This document shows, piece after piece, positions 37,301 through 45,617 of a stretch of DNA of 64,000 bases (its first letter is position 1; each line of letters begins with the position of its first letter). This DNA comes from Euryarchaeota archaeon RBG_16_67_27. GTDB lineage: Archaea; Thermoplasmatota; Thermoplasmata; RBG-16-68-12. A program made the position numbers and the translations under genes. The notes below the pieces were generated by a model. That model was not told where the DNA came from. It worked only from the letters and a program-made list of their open reading frames with translations, and ran no database searches. The stretch covers positions 9,133 through 73,132 of the forward strand of contig MGVZ01000029.1 in assembly GCA_001800745.1 (NCBI GenBank). The letters are read 5' to 3'.

Positions 37301-38971
37301 TTCGCGGGTGCTCCCGTGCGGCGGTACATCGGGCCGATCGCGCCGACCGTCCAGAAGGGCGTGGACGCGCTCTACGCCTACTTCGATGCGGACAACGCGA
37401 CTGCCACAGGCCTATGGTCCGATGTCGCCGGAAGGACGTACGGCTTCGACTACGCGATCGCGGTCGTCGGCCGGAACGGGATTGTCGAGTCAAGCGGTCT
37501 CTACGTATTCTCCCCGGGCGTCTCGATCCCCTGGGTCCCGATCGGTCCCGTCTCCGTCGGCCTCGACGCCCGCCGAATCGAGTTCGCCGCGAACGCGAGC
37601 GCCATGAATCTGAGCGCGGGGTATCGCGTCGTGTTCCACGCGGCAAACTGGCGGCTCGGGTACGACGCGGCTCTCCCGGACGCTGCACCAGCCGTCTTCC
37701 CCGTCTCCGCCCGGGCTGCAACCCACCTCCTAATCAACGAGGTGTGGCCCCAGCCCAACCCGGAAGCGTTCGAGATCGTGAATCCGACAGGGGCCGCGGT
37801 GTCCCTCTCCGGGTGGAACCTGGCCGCCAAGCGTGGCAACCTCATTATCGTGATCTACACGTTCACGACGGGGACGATTGGCGCCTGGGGCTCCGGTTCG
37901 GAGTACCTCCGCATTCTCCTGCCGACCAACTCGCTGCCGAACGGCAACCTGAAAATCATGCTCCGGCAGATGACAATCGTGATCGACGAGACGACATACT
38001 CCCAGAGCGTCGCGAACGGCCAGTCGTGGTCGAGGCTCAAGGACCCGATCACCGGTGTGCCGCTGGACACGGACAACGACGCCGCGAACTTCTACATCTC
38101 GCTGTCCCCGACCCCGGGCCGCCCGAACGACAGGCACAGTCCCCTCGTCGCGGTCGCGAAGACGGCGAGCCGGGCCGTCGCCGCGCCGGGCGAGACGATC
38201 ACATACTCCGTGTTCTACAACAACACCGGAACGGGGATGGCGAGCTTCGTGTGGGTGAACGACACTCTCCCCGCGGGCGTCGTGTACGTGTCCTCGAGCG
38301 TCCCCTATGCGACCCTCGCCGGCTCGACGTATGGTTGGCTCTTCACGAACGTGATGCCCGGGACGTCGAACGCCTTCAGCGTCACCGTCCAGGTAACCGC
38401 GGCCGCGAGCGACGGCCAGATTCTCGGGAACACCGTGAGCCTGGACTACTCGGACCAGCTCCGCCAGCCCCTGCCCCGGAGCCAGGCGTGGGCGAACACG
38501 ACCGTCTCCCGACCCGTGATCACGGTCGCCAAGACCGCGAGTCCTTCGACGGCGATCCCGGGGGACATCGTGACCTTCACGATCTACTACAACAACACGG
38601 GCTCCGCGCCCGCGGGGACACTCACGATCAAGGACGTCTTGCCGAGCGGGATGACGTATGTCGGGAGCAGCCCCTCGCCGACCTGGACCGACGGACGAAC
38701 CTTCTACTGGAACATGACCAACGTCGCGCCGGGCAGCCACAGTGTTACCCTGAGCGCACAGGTGGACGCCACGGCGAGCGGGTCGCAGCTCGTGAATTGG
38801 GTGTTCCTGAACTACACGACCACGGGCGGATACGCACTCGCGGGAAGCAGCGCTTCATCGGTCGTCGCGATCCCCGAGCTGTCGGACTTCGTCTTCGTCG
38901 TCGTGGTGCCCTTCCTCGTCCTCGGCCTGCGCAGGCGTTTCAAGGATCGGGAGGCGCGAGAGAGTGGCTGA
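34367..38971 (+). CDS. giant two-TM surface protein: cytoplasmic HhH/Zn-ribbon/TPR/[RL]xNG-repeat N-terminus, extracellular sequon-rich lamin-tail-like and DUF11-like domains, C-terminal TM anchor
   Basis: 1534 aa. Three double Zn-ribbons (CPECG..CPVCG; CSSCG..CGICG; CPHCG..CTICG). TPR-like repeats. About 18 NG-tetrapeptide repeats. TM1 is WARSVVGIAAVVALMVLAPVLASLL. The ~1000-aa ectodomain has more than 30 N-x-S/T sequons, an LTD hallmark (LLINEVWPQPNPEAFEIVNPTGAAVSLSGWNL) and two DUF11-like repeats (..ITYSVFYNNTGTG.. / ..VTFTIYYNNTGSA..). The C-terminal end is PELSDFVFVVVVPFLVLGLRRRFKDRE. Confidence 0.85.
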   Translation: MDESYLEWLDAAAGLGPEKARWIAARFPTFEHLRHATREELASVRGLASADVDRLLELARGGSDRDEGGHLFLCPECGSFAGANAANCPVCGVAFSEEPDAAQAADAIDKFLEEEERPRLLCSSCGAAMASGETRCGICGRAYTKEEAAILPGLDSFVRETAPLCPHCGAYLPDGATDCTICGRAPAAPQEAAGSAHNGHGITRGFLDRWQKVAETADLSPQDRLTEELAYCERLLEADPEIERTWVKKARILEGLGRPREAADALTRAAQLNPSKEVEYRLEVLNLLKAAGDASPVVARWPEQPEATAPPREDARLLDTLHHYEDLLRVDPDLTVAWRTKGEILQRLGRDEEAQRALDRADTVEGRGDRGLRDAAEGLRSHGIEAIPPVGAGRTNGRVNGRVNGRVNGRVNGLAGGRINGLTNGLTNGLTNGAVNGLTLGVGATNGLDGWTDRGGRTNGLVNGNGFTNGRRGRYPAMRVRAQPHWARSVVGIAAVVALMVLAPVLASLLSPTPVPPEGIRIDGRFDDWRALAAYADSPADQTANPDVNLLEMKVAPTADGLLVYARVQGMLFRGAGTNGTDSLHVLIDEDADPTTGYPLGGIGVDVRADVYGWSDAIYGSALKAFNRSQGPTSEDWNRFDVSGTVSAASLGPEVELAIPSLRDPERAKVLVYLADNRGRRDPADGVVRADRPTLAIDEQGVAPEVIVATNALVLRASLTPIGGAPNVTSVDLARLGSSTDPATIVAYADDGDGTFDAGDPALASVSLSGATVSLSVNLSLTAPALLWFEARWTAMTPASTFGLTVQGLGTNGTSDVRSSEPVLAYLAAPPAGLVVDGAFGDWSGRAYGQDLIGDVADPLGAVMYDANVDLLATATDLGANFTGYARVDGRILGGEDIPSLRARYVTSTTIDSDRDSVPDSVEILLPNRDLRFDFNNDNITDNRTSGDVDADGILDYGEPGGTDLWLNTTIPAWYPAPFAGAPVRRYIGPIAPTVQKGVDALYAYFDADNATATGLWSDVAGRTYGFDYAIAVVGRNGIVESSGLYVFSPGVSIPWVPIGPVSVGLDARRIEFAANASAMNLSAGYRVVFHAANWRLGYDAALPDAAPAVFPVSARAATHLLINEVWPQPNPEAFEIVNPTGAAVSLSGWNLAAKRGNLIIVIYTFTTGTIGAWGSGSEYLRILLPTNSLPNGNLKIMLRQMTIVIDETTYSQSVANGQSWSRLKDPITGVPLDTDNDAANFYISLSPTPGRPNDRHSPLVAVAKTASRAVAAPGETITYSVFYNNTGTGMASFVWVNDTLPAGVVYVSSSVPYATLAGSTYGWLFTNVMPGTSNAFSVTVQVTAAASDGQILGNTVSLDYSDQLRQPLPRSQAWANTTVSRPVITVAKTASPSTAIPGDIVTFTIYYNNTGSAPAGTLTIKDVLPSGMTYVGSSPSPTWTDGRTFYWNMTNVAPGSHSVTLSAQVDATASGSQLVNWVFLNYTTTGGYALAGSSASSVVAIPELSDFVFVVVVPFLVLGLRRRFKDREARESG
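35549..35779 (+). repeat. 12-nt periodic tandem DNA repeat encoding (R/L)xNG tetrapeptides
   Basis: acgaacggccgg gtgaacggccgc gtgaacggtcgt gtgaacggtcgt gtgaacgggctc ..., about 19 units. It is in-frame and lies inside the surface-protein gene, just upstream of TM1. Confidence 0.8.
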
Positions 38972-39241
38972 CGGCGTTCCATGGACCGGCGGCCGTTAGA
39001 GCGGCACGGTTCGTCGTCCACCACAAGGATGGACGGCTAGCGTACCTAGGTCGCCGGCCCAAGCCCTCCTCAAAGGAGGGCAGGCTTCCCGCGGGCTCGC
39101 GCACCGCAGTACCGCAGGGAACGTGGGCGGGCTTAACTTCCGGGTTCGGGATGGGACCGGGTGTATCCCCGCCGCTTTGGCCGTCAAACCACTGCTGAGC
39201 GACGGAGAGGGCGCGCTGTATATCAGGGTTTCGTTCCCGCC

Positions 39242-40150
39242 TCACCGCGGGAGGACCGCGAGAAGGAGATTCCCCACGAAGAACGCGAGGACGAAGCCGA
39301 CGGACAGGGGGACCATGAGCGGGATCTTCGGTTGGACCCACGCCTCCGTCTTCCCTGCGGCGCGGAGGCGTTCGGCGTCCGCCCGGGAGTCGCCCGTCCT
39401 CGGCGGGAAGAGGACCAGGACCTGCTCCCCCTTCGCGTCGACCTGTTCCATGATCCAGACGTGTCTCGGGAGCTCGTCGAGTCGTCGGCGGTATCCGAGG
39501 AACGCGGCGGGAAACGCGAGGTCCCCTCGGGCCGCGTTGTAGACGAGGAGTGCGAGGGGCACGGCGAGGAGCAGGACCGCGGCATCGACGAAGACGACGA
39601 GGGAGAACGGGAAGACGAGGTTCATCGTCGCCTCGACGAGGAGGTTCGGGGCGAGCAGGGGCGCGGTGTTCGGGTACGCCGGCACGAGGAGGGTGAGGGC
39701 GATCAGCGCCTTCGCGTCCGCACCGCCCACGATCAGGCGCGCCTGGTACAGCGCTTGGTAGAGGACGACCATCACGGGCATCGAGGCGATCGCGGCGATC
39801 GCGGTCGTCACGGGGCGTGAGCTCCCGGCGACGGCGAGCGGGCCTGCCACGAGGGCCGCGGCGGAAAGGAGCACACCGATCCGTGCCGGTCGAGGATGGA
39901 ACCCGTCCTCGTCGAACAGCGGCGCTCCGAAGAAGATCCCATAGAACAGGATCGCGGTCCCCGCGATGAACGGATACACGAGCGCGTCCGCGCCGTCGGT
40001 CGCGAGCTCGATGAGGAGCAGCCCGAGCCCGGCGGTGCCGAGGACGAGCCACAATGGATCCCGGACCCGGCGTGTGCGCACGTCGGAGACGGCCGCGAAC
40101 GCGAGCGCCGCGACCCCGATCCCGAAGCGCGCCGCGGTGAGCGGGTCCAC
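39242..40150 (-). CDS. A24-family aspartic peptidase (prepilin/pre-archaellin peptidase, FlaK/PibD-like)
   Basis: GGADAKALIALTLLVP matches the second catalytic GxGD-type motif. A first Asp lies in SDVRTRRV. The protein is polytopic. The proposed GTG start at 40150 is preceded by a TATA-like ttgaaataag. The track ORF extends to 40270 with a basic, non-membrane leader. Confidence 0.7.
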   Translation of the reverse strand: MDPLTAARFGIGVAALAFAAVSDVRTRRVRDPLWLVLGTAGLGLLLIELATDGADALVYPFIAGTAILFYGIFFGAPLFDEDGFHPRPARIGVLLSAAALVAGPLAVAGSSRPVTTAIAAIASMPVMVVLYQALYQARLIVGGADAKALIALTLLVPAYPNTAPLLAPNLLVEATMNLVFPFSLVVFVDAAVLLLAVPLALLVYNAARGDLAFPAAFLGYRRRLDELPRHVWIMEQVDAKGEQVLVLFPPRTGDSRADAERLRAAGKTEAWVQPKIPLMVPLSVGFVLAFFVGNLLLAVLPR

Positions 40151-40383
40151 GGCGCCGCATCGAGCGGTCCTTATTTCAAGGGTTCGACCTCGTTGTGTCC
40201 GCGCGCGATTCGCTCCATCCGAGGTCGGAGGAACGCGAATCGGAAACGTCGTCGCCTGCGTGCGTCGCACGTGCGGTGCGCTCCTGCTTGGCGTCGCGCG
40301 AAATCGGCCGCAAACGCCTAAATAGACCCTGACGAATGACGCGCTGCCCCGGGAGCATTCCGGGGCCGGCCGGTCGTGTCGCG

Positions 40384-40935
40384 ATGACGGAACCTCGTCG
40401 GATGAAGGTGAAGGTCTGCCTCGTCGGCGAGCACGCCGTGGGCAAGACGTCCCTCATCCGCCGCTACGTCCTCGAGGAGTTCGACGATCGCTACATCGTG
40501 ACGCTCGGAGCGAAGGTCTCGAAGAAAGAGATGCTCCTCACGCCGAAGAGCGGTCCGCCGGTCCAGATGGACATGACGATCTGGGACATCATGGGATCGA
40601 AGGGGTTCCGGGAGCTCCTGCGCGAGGCGTACTTCCACGGCGCTCAGGGAATCCTCGCGGTCGCCGACATCACGCGGTACGACACGCTCGAGGACCTCGA
40701 CTCCTGGGTCGAGTCCGTGTTCCGCACCGTCGGTGAGATCCCCGTCGCGTTCGCGGTGAACAAGCTCGATCTCCGGGACCAGGCCGCCTTCGGCGAGGAA
40801 CAGGTGAAACAGGCGACAGAGGCGTTCAATGCCCCGTACTTCTTCAGCTCCGCGAAGACCGGGGAGAACGTCGAGACCGTGTTCCAGAGCCTCGGCGAGA
40901 CCGTCGTGAAGATGGCGTCGAAGTCGGGCGCTTGA
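40384..40935 (+). CDS. Ras/Rab-like small GTPase
   Basis: G1 GEHAVGKT, G3 DIMG, G4 NKLD, G5 SAK, about 184 aa. The start could also be 40336 (track) or 40402 (MKVKV). Confidence 0.8.
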   Translation: MTEPRRMKVKVCLVGEHAVGKTSLIRRYVLEEFDDRYIVTLGAKVSKKEMLLTPKSGPPVQMDMTIWDIMGSKGFRELLREAYFHGAQGILAVADITRYDTLEDLDSWVESVFRTVGEIPVAFAVNKLDLRDQAAFGEEQVKQATEAFNAPYFFSSAKTGENVETVFQSLGETVVKMASKSGA

Positions 40936-40981
40936 AGGCACCGCCATAATCTCAAGTAGTCCGTCCCGGGTTCTCCGGGCC

Positions 40982-43279
40982 GTGGCGTCCCCTCCGAGGC
41001 CCGAAGCCGTCCGCGTGCGCGTCACGCGGGACCTCGGCCTCTTCGACGTCACGATGGCCGCCTCGGGTACGATGGTCGGCGCCGCGGTGTTTCTCCTCGC
41101 AGGGGCGACGTTCGCCGTCGCGGGTCCCCTCACCTTCGGCAGCATCCTGTTCGCGGGATTCGTCGTCGCCCTGTCCGGCCTTGCCTACGCGGAGCTTGCC
41201 TCGGGACGGGAAGGGGCGTCCGGAGGGGCGTACGAATGGGTCCGCTCCGCGCTTCCCGCCCCGAGCGGCTTCCTCGCGGGATGGTCGTCGTGGGGCGGTC
41301 ACCTCGCGGCGTCCGCGCTCAGCGCCCTCGGCCTTGGCGCATTCCTCCTCGAGCTCCTCCGCCCGTCCGCGGAAGCGTTCCTCCCGATCGGGCTCGATGA
41401 GCGCGTCCTCGCGCTCGTCCTCCTCGCGGTCGCGACGGGGTTCCATTTCGCCCGCCTCCACGTCCCCGCGCGGACTCTCAGCCGGCTGACGTTCGTGAAG
41501 ATCCTCCTCATCCTCGGCGTCGCCGCGGTGGGGCTCGCGTCCCTCGCGGCGCCCGCCGCGGACCGCGGCATCGGGACCCCATCGACGCCCTCGGGCGCGC
41601 TCGGGCTCGCGCTCGGCGCAGGCGTGTTCTTCATCGCCTTCCAGGGGTTCGAGTCCGTCGTCCAGCTCGGGGAGCAGACGAAGCAGCCGGCGCGGACCGT
41701 GCCCCGCGGGATCCTCCTGGCCGTGCTGCTGTCCCTCGGCGTCTACCTCGCGTACTTCGCTGCGGTCCTCACGAACGCGCCGACGGCCGCGACCTCCGGG
41801 TGGCCAGGATGCCCCGCGTGCGCCGGGGGGACGGAGGATCTCGGGATCGTGAGCCTGTCCCGGATCGCCCTCGGGGGGCCGTTCTGGCGGGAGATCTTCC
41901 TCCTCGTCGGCGTCGCCTCCATGGCGGGTGCCCTCAACGCGAACCTCACGTCCGCCGTCCGGGTCGCGTTCGGGATGTCCCGCGACCGGCTCCTCCCTGC
42001 GAGCCTCTCCCACGTCGGCGGTCGCGAGGTGCCCGTCGTCGGGCTCGCGATGACCGCGGGCGTGACGGCGATCCTTCTCGCGTTCTCCCTCGAGACGATC
42101 GCGATCCTCGCGGGCCTCGCGTTCCTTCTCCTGTTCGCCTTCGTCCATGGCTCCGTCATCTCCCTGCGGCGCCGGGAGCGGCGCTCGCGACCCGGCTTCC
42201 GCGTCCCTCTCGTCCCCGCCGTGCCGATCCTCGCGATCGCCCTGAACCTTGCCCTCGGGGCCGTCCTCTGGAACTATCCGGCTCCCGCCGGGGGACGGAT
42301 GCCCGCCGGCGTCCTCGCGGCGTACATCGGCGCGGTCTGGCTCGCCGCGGGCCTGATCTTCCACTGGTTCGCAGGCGGGCGGGAGGCGCTGCGCCGGACG
42401 GCGCTCGTCCCCAAGGTGGAGGTCGAGGACGTCCTTACCCCGACGGAGGACCACGTCGAGCTCGAGCGGTTCCGCGTGTTCCTACCCCTCCGTGAGTTCG
42501 AGGATCTCGAGCTCGTCGATCTCGGTGCGCGGATCGCGCGGGCGCGCCATGGGGAACTCAGCCTCCTCAACGTCGTTGAAATCCCGCGGAACCTCCCGCC
42601 GAAGGCGATCCGCTTCCGGTTCGTCGACGACCGGATCAAAGGTCTCCAGCGGCTCGCGCGCGTCGGGATGCGGCTCGGCGTCGACACCCGGCCCGTCGTG
42701 AAGATCGGTCACAAGGTCTACGAGATCATCCTCGACACGATGCGCGACGAGGCCGTGAACGTCCTCGTGATGGGATGGCGCGGAGGCCGGACGGACGGCG
42801 CGGAGCGGAGAATCCTCGGGAGCAACATCGACTACCTGATCGAGAACGCGACGTGCGACGTCGTCGTGTACAAGACGCACGGCCTGCGCCGTCCCCTGAA
42901 GAAGCTCGTGATCCTCACGAGCCCGATCTGGAGCATCCTGGGGATCGACGAGCTCGCCCTTGTCCTCGCGGAGTCCGACCTTCCGACGATCGAGATCGTG
43001 AGCCTCGCGGCCGATCCGTCGGACGCGGAGCGGATCAAGAAGGAGGTCGCGCCGTTCCTGGAGACCTGCCACTCGCGCGGGATCGCCGTCGAGCACAAGG
43101 TCCTGTATTCGACTCAGTGGGAGTCCGTGGCTCTCCACGAAGGGGCGGACGCCTCCGCGCTCCTCATCCGCGCGAGCTCCCCCGGGGGCCTGAAGAAGTT
43201 CACCCTGAACCCTGTGGAGGACCGGATCGTGAAGCTCGCACCCTGCCCGGTTCTCATCCTCAAGAAGGGGACGTCCTAG
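40982..43279 (+). CDS. APC-superfamily amino-acid permease fused to C-terminal tandem universal stress protein (UspA) domains
   Basis: About 12 TM helices with APC-like motifs in the N-terminal 480 aa. The C-terminal 280 aa carries two Usp-like alpha/beta domains (..VLVMGWRGG..; ..APCPVLILKK). Confidence 0.82.
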   Translation: MASPPRPEAVRVRVTRDLGLFDVTMAASGTMVGAAVFLLAGATFAVAGPLTFGSILFAGFVVALSGLAYAELASGREGASGGAYEWVRSALPAPSGFLAGWSSWGGHLAASALSALGLGAFLLELLRPSAEAFLPIGLDERVLALVLLAVATGFHFARLHVPARTLSRLTFVKILLILGVAAVGLASLAAPAADRGIGTPSTPSGALGLALGAGVFFIAFQGFESVVQLGEQTKQPARTVPRGILLAVLLSLGVYLAYFAAVLTNAPTAATSGWPGCPACAGGTEDLGIVSLSRIALGGPFWREIFLLVGVASMAGALNANLTSAVRVAFGMSRDRLLPASLSHVGGREVPVVGLAMTAGVTAILLAFSLETIAILAGLAFLLLFAFVHGSVISLRRRERRSRPGFRVPLVPAVPILAIALNLALGAVLWNYPAPAGGRMPAGVLAAYIGAVWLAAGLIFHWFAGGREALRRTALVPKVEVEDVLTPTEDHVELERFRVFLPLREFEDLELVDLGARIARARHGELSLLNVVEIPRNLPPKAIRFRFVDDRIKGLQRLARVGMRLGVDTRPVVKIGHKVYEIILDTMRDEAVNVLVMGWRGGRTDGAERRILGSNIDYLIENATCDVVVYKTHGLRRPLKKLVILTSPIWSILGIDELALVLAESDLPTIEIVSLAADPSDAERIKKEVAPFLETCHSRGIAVEHKVLYSTQWESVALHEGADASALLIRASSPGGLKKFTLNPVEDRIVKLAPCPVLILKKGTS

Positions 43280-44613
43280 TCGGTCCGGGCATCCCGCGGC
43301 ACGAGGCCCTCCGCGCGGAGCGCATCTTGGATCCGGAAGATCAGGTCCGATTTGACCTCCTTCATCCGCTCCGGGCGGTCCGTGTACGCGAGGAGCTGGT
43401 ACACGATCCCGGCCCCTGCGAGCTCCTTGCCGAACGCCTGCGGCGACGGGTCCGGGACGACCCCTTCCGTATCTCGCGCGGCGCGGACGAGGATTTCCCT
43501 AACGCGGTGGTGGGGGACCTCGAAGCCGAGGGCGAGCTCCACGGACATCGCGTACGGCTTCGATCGGCTGAAGTTCAGGATCGGCTCGCGGAGGAGCTGT
43601 GTGTTCGGGATGTTCACGACCTCCCCACGGAGGGTCCGCACCTGGGTCAGGGTGAGGCTCATCGAGACGACGTCGCAGACGAGGTCGTTCCCGATCTTCA
43701 CGCGGTTCCCGACGTCGAACGGGTCCGCCCGCATGAGGGTGACCCCGGCGAGCGCGTTCCTCACGGGGTCGAACGCGAGCACTAGGATGACGAGGAGGAA
43801 TGCGATGAACCCGACAGCGAAGACGACGAGGCGGTCTGCCGGCAGGACATGCACCATGAGGACGAACAGGAGGACGACCGCACCGATGATCCACACCGCG
43901 TACCGCGTGATCGACTTGAACTCGTCGATGACCCGCGCACTGAACTTCGCGGTGCGCCGCTTCAGATCTTCGAAGATCGAGTCGACGAAGCGATCTGCGA
44001 CGATCACGAGGAGGACCGCGACGACAATCTCGAGGGCGAAGCTCGAGGGGAGCGTGGGCAGTCCGCTGAGGTCGAAGTACGTCTGGTCCCCGGGGGGGAG
44101 GATCCGGATCGCGCCGAGGGCCGCGATCGCGAGGGAGGCGATATAGATCAGGTACTTCAGGACGATCTCCGTGAAGGCGAGTGCCCGTGGCGGGGCGATC
44201 TGCTTCGGTTTCGACTTCAGCTCCCCGCGGAGGAACGCGGCGAACCGGTGGATGACCCGGACGAGGATCGCCGCGAGGAAGACGACGAAGATCGCGAAGA
44301 ACAGGGCGGGCACGCGGAGGACGAACGCGACGAGGGCGTCATGGAGCGGCGCCGACTGCGTCTGCGCGATCGCGAGGACGACGATTGCCATGAACGCGAT
44401 CCAGACCCCCTCGAGCACGCGACGGACGAAGTCGAGGGTGGCGTGGTCGAGCCAGCGGCTCTCGAGGGTCTTCAGGTACTCGAAGTAGCGGGACATCCAA
44501 GCGAGGAGCCACATCATGAGCCCGACGAGGAGCACGATCGCCGCGATGGGCGGGAGGAACTGGACGAGACCCGCGAAGGCATCCTCCCCGGTCTGGAACG
44601 GAAGAAGCGCCAC
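43276..44613 (-). CDS. small-conductance mechanosensitive channel (MscS family)
   Basis: N-terminal TM helices. MscS beta-domain signature region (..GVTLMRADPFDVGNRVKIGNDLVCDVVSMSLTLTQVRTLRGEVVNIPN..). Confidence 0.85.
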   Translation of the reverse strand: MALLPFQTGEDAFAGLVQFLPPIAAIVLLVGLMMWLLAWMSRYFEYLKTLESRWLDHATLDFVRRVLEGVWIAFMAIVVLAIAQTQSAPLHDALVAFVLRVPALFFAIFVVFLAAILVRVIHRFAAFLRGELKSKPKQIAPPRALAFTEIVLKYLIYIASLAIAALGAIRILPPGDQTYFDLSGLPTLPSSFALEIVVAVLLVIVADRFVDSIFEDLKRRTAKFSARVIDEFKSITRYAVWIIGAVVLLFVLMVHVLPADRLVVFAVGFIAFLLVILVLAFDPVRNALAGVTLMRADPFDVGNRVKIGNDLVCDVVSMSLTLTQVRTLRGEVVNIPNTQLLREPILNFSRSKPYAMSVELALGFEVPHHRVREILVRAARDTEGVVPDPSPQAFGKELAGAGIVYQLLAYTDRPERMKEVKSDLIFRIQDALRAEGLVPRDARTD

Positions 44614-44632
44614 GACGGCGGCAGCCGACGGG

Positions 44633-44645
44633 GATTATAAAAGGG
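44633..44645 (-). promoter_or_regulatory. TATA box (aacccttttataatc on minus strand) about 25 bp upstream of mscS
   Basis: Strong AT-rich element at the canonical distance from the ATG at 44613. Probable leaderless transcript. Confidence 0.5.
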
Positions 44646-44782
44646 TTTCACGGAGGGGAGGCGCGCGGATGGACGATTCGATGCACGGATTAGCGCGGGT
44701 TTAAGGCTCTCCGTCCTTTGTCCGACGGGGTGAGGAGATCCCGGCACCCTCGCGGCGTTCGCCACTCCCCTGGCCGTCGTTC

Positions 44783-45616
44783 GTGACGACGTGGCGGATT
44801 GCGTTCCTCCTCGCGCTCGTTCTCATCCTCGCAGGGCTCGCCGTCACACTCGTCGCGAACACGGGGTCCACGATCCTACTGGCGACGACGACGAGCGCGC
44901 GCGATTCGGGTCTCCTTGACGTCCTCCTCCCGGAGTTCTCCCGAGATGCCGGGATCGGTGTGCGGTTCGTCGCCGTGGGCACGGGCCTCGCCCTCGATAC
45001 GGCACGGCGCGGGGACGCGGACGTCGTACTTGTCCACGCTCCGGCCGCCGAGCTCGAGTTCATGTCCGACCACGGCCTCTGCCGGAGCCGCGTGATGCGG
45101 AACCAGTACATCGTCGTGGGACCCGCGACGGACCCGGCGGGGATTCGCGGCCTCACGAACGCGACGGTCGCCTTCACGAGGATTCTGTCGGCCCGGGCGA
45201 CGTTCATCTCCCGCGGGGACAACTCAGGGACTCACAGTATGGAGAAGACGATCTGGTCGTGGGTCGGGTATCAGCCGAGGGCCGCCACGGATCCATGGTA
45301 TCGCGAGGCGGGGCAGGGGATGGGCGCTACCCTCGAGATCGCGTCGCAGCTCGGCGGGTACACGCTCACGGACGACGGCACCTTCCTCGTGCGGCGGCCG
45401 AGCCTCTCCCTGGAGATCGACGTGACGAACGACCCGCCCCTTCAGAACGTGTACAGCGTAATCCCCGTGAGCCCCGCGCGTCATCCCGGCGTGAACGCGC
45501 CCGGGGCGCTCGCCTTTGCGAAGTGGATCGTGGGCGCCCGCGGCCAGGGAATTATCGGCAACTACACGGTCGGGAGCGAACGGCCGTTCCATCCCGAGGG
45601 CCTCGACGGGTGCTGA
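44783..45616 (+). CDS. tupA: tungstate/molybdate ABC transporter substrate-binding protein
   Basis: N-terminal TM/signal segment. An ATTTSARDSGLLDVL motif (the TTTS oxyanion-binding signature of TupA/WtpA-type PBPs). It is followed by a cognate permease and ATPase. Confidence 0.75.
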   Translation: MTTWRIAFLLALVLILAGLAVTLVANTGSTILLATTTSARDSGLLDVLLPEFSRDAGIGVRFVAVGTGLALDTARRGDADVVLVHAPAAELEFMSDHGLCRSRVMRNQYIVVGPATDPAGIRGLTNATVAFTRILSARATFISRGDNSGTHSMEKTIWSWVGYQPRAATDPWYREAGQGMGATLEIASQLGGYTLTDDGTFLVRRPSLSLEIDVTNDPPLQNVYSVIPVSPARHPGVNAPGALAFAKWIVGARGQGIIGNYTVGSERPFHPEGLDGC

Positions 45617-45617
45617 C

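Noticed and set aside
38940-40160. 406-aa Arg-rich minus ORF overlapping the A24 peptidase gene
   Set aside because: It is an alternative frame of the peptidase gene, has no hydrophobic segments or motifs, and is composition-driven.
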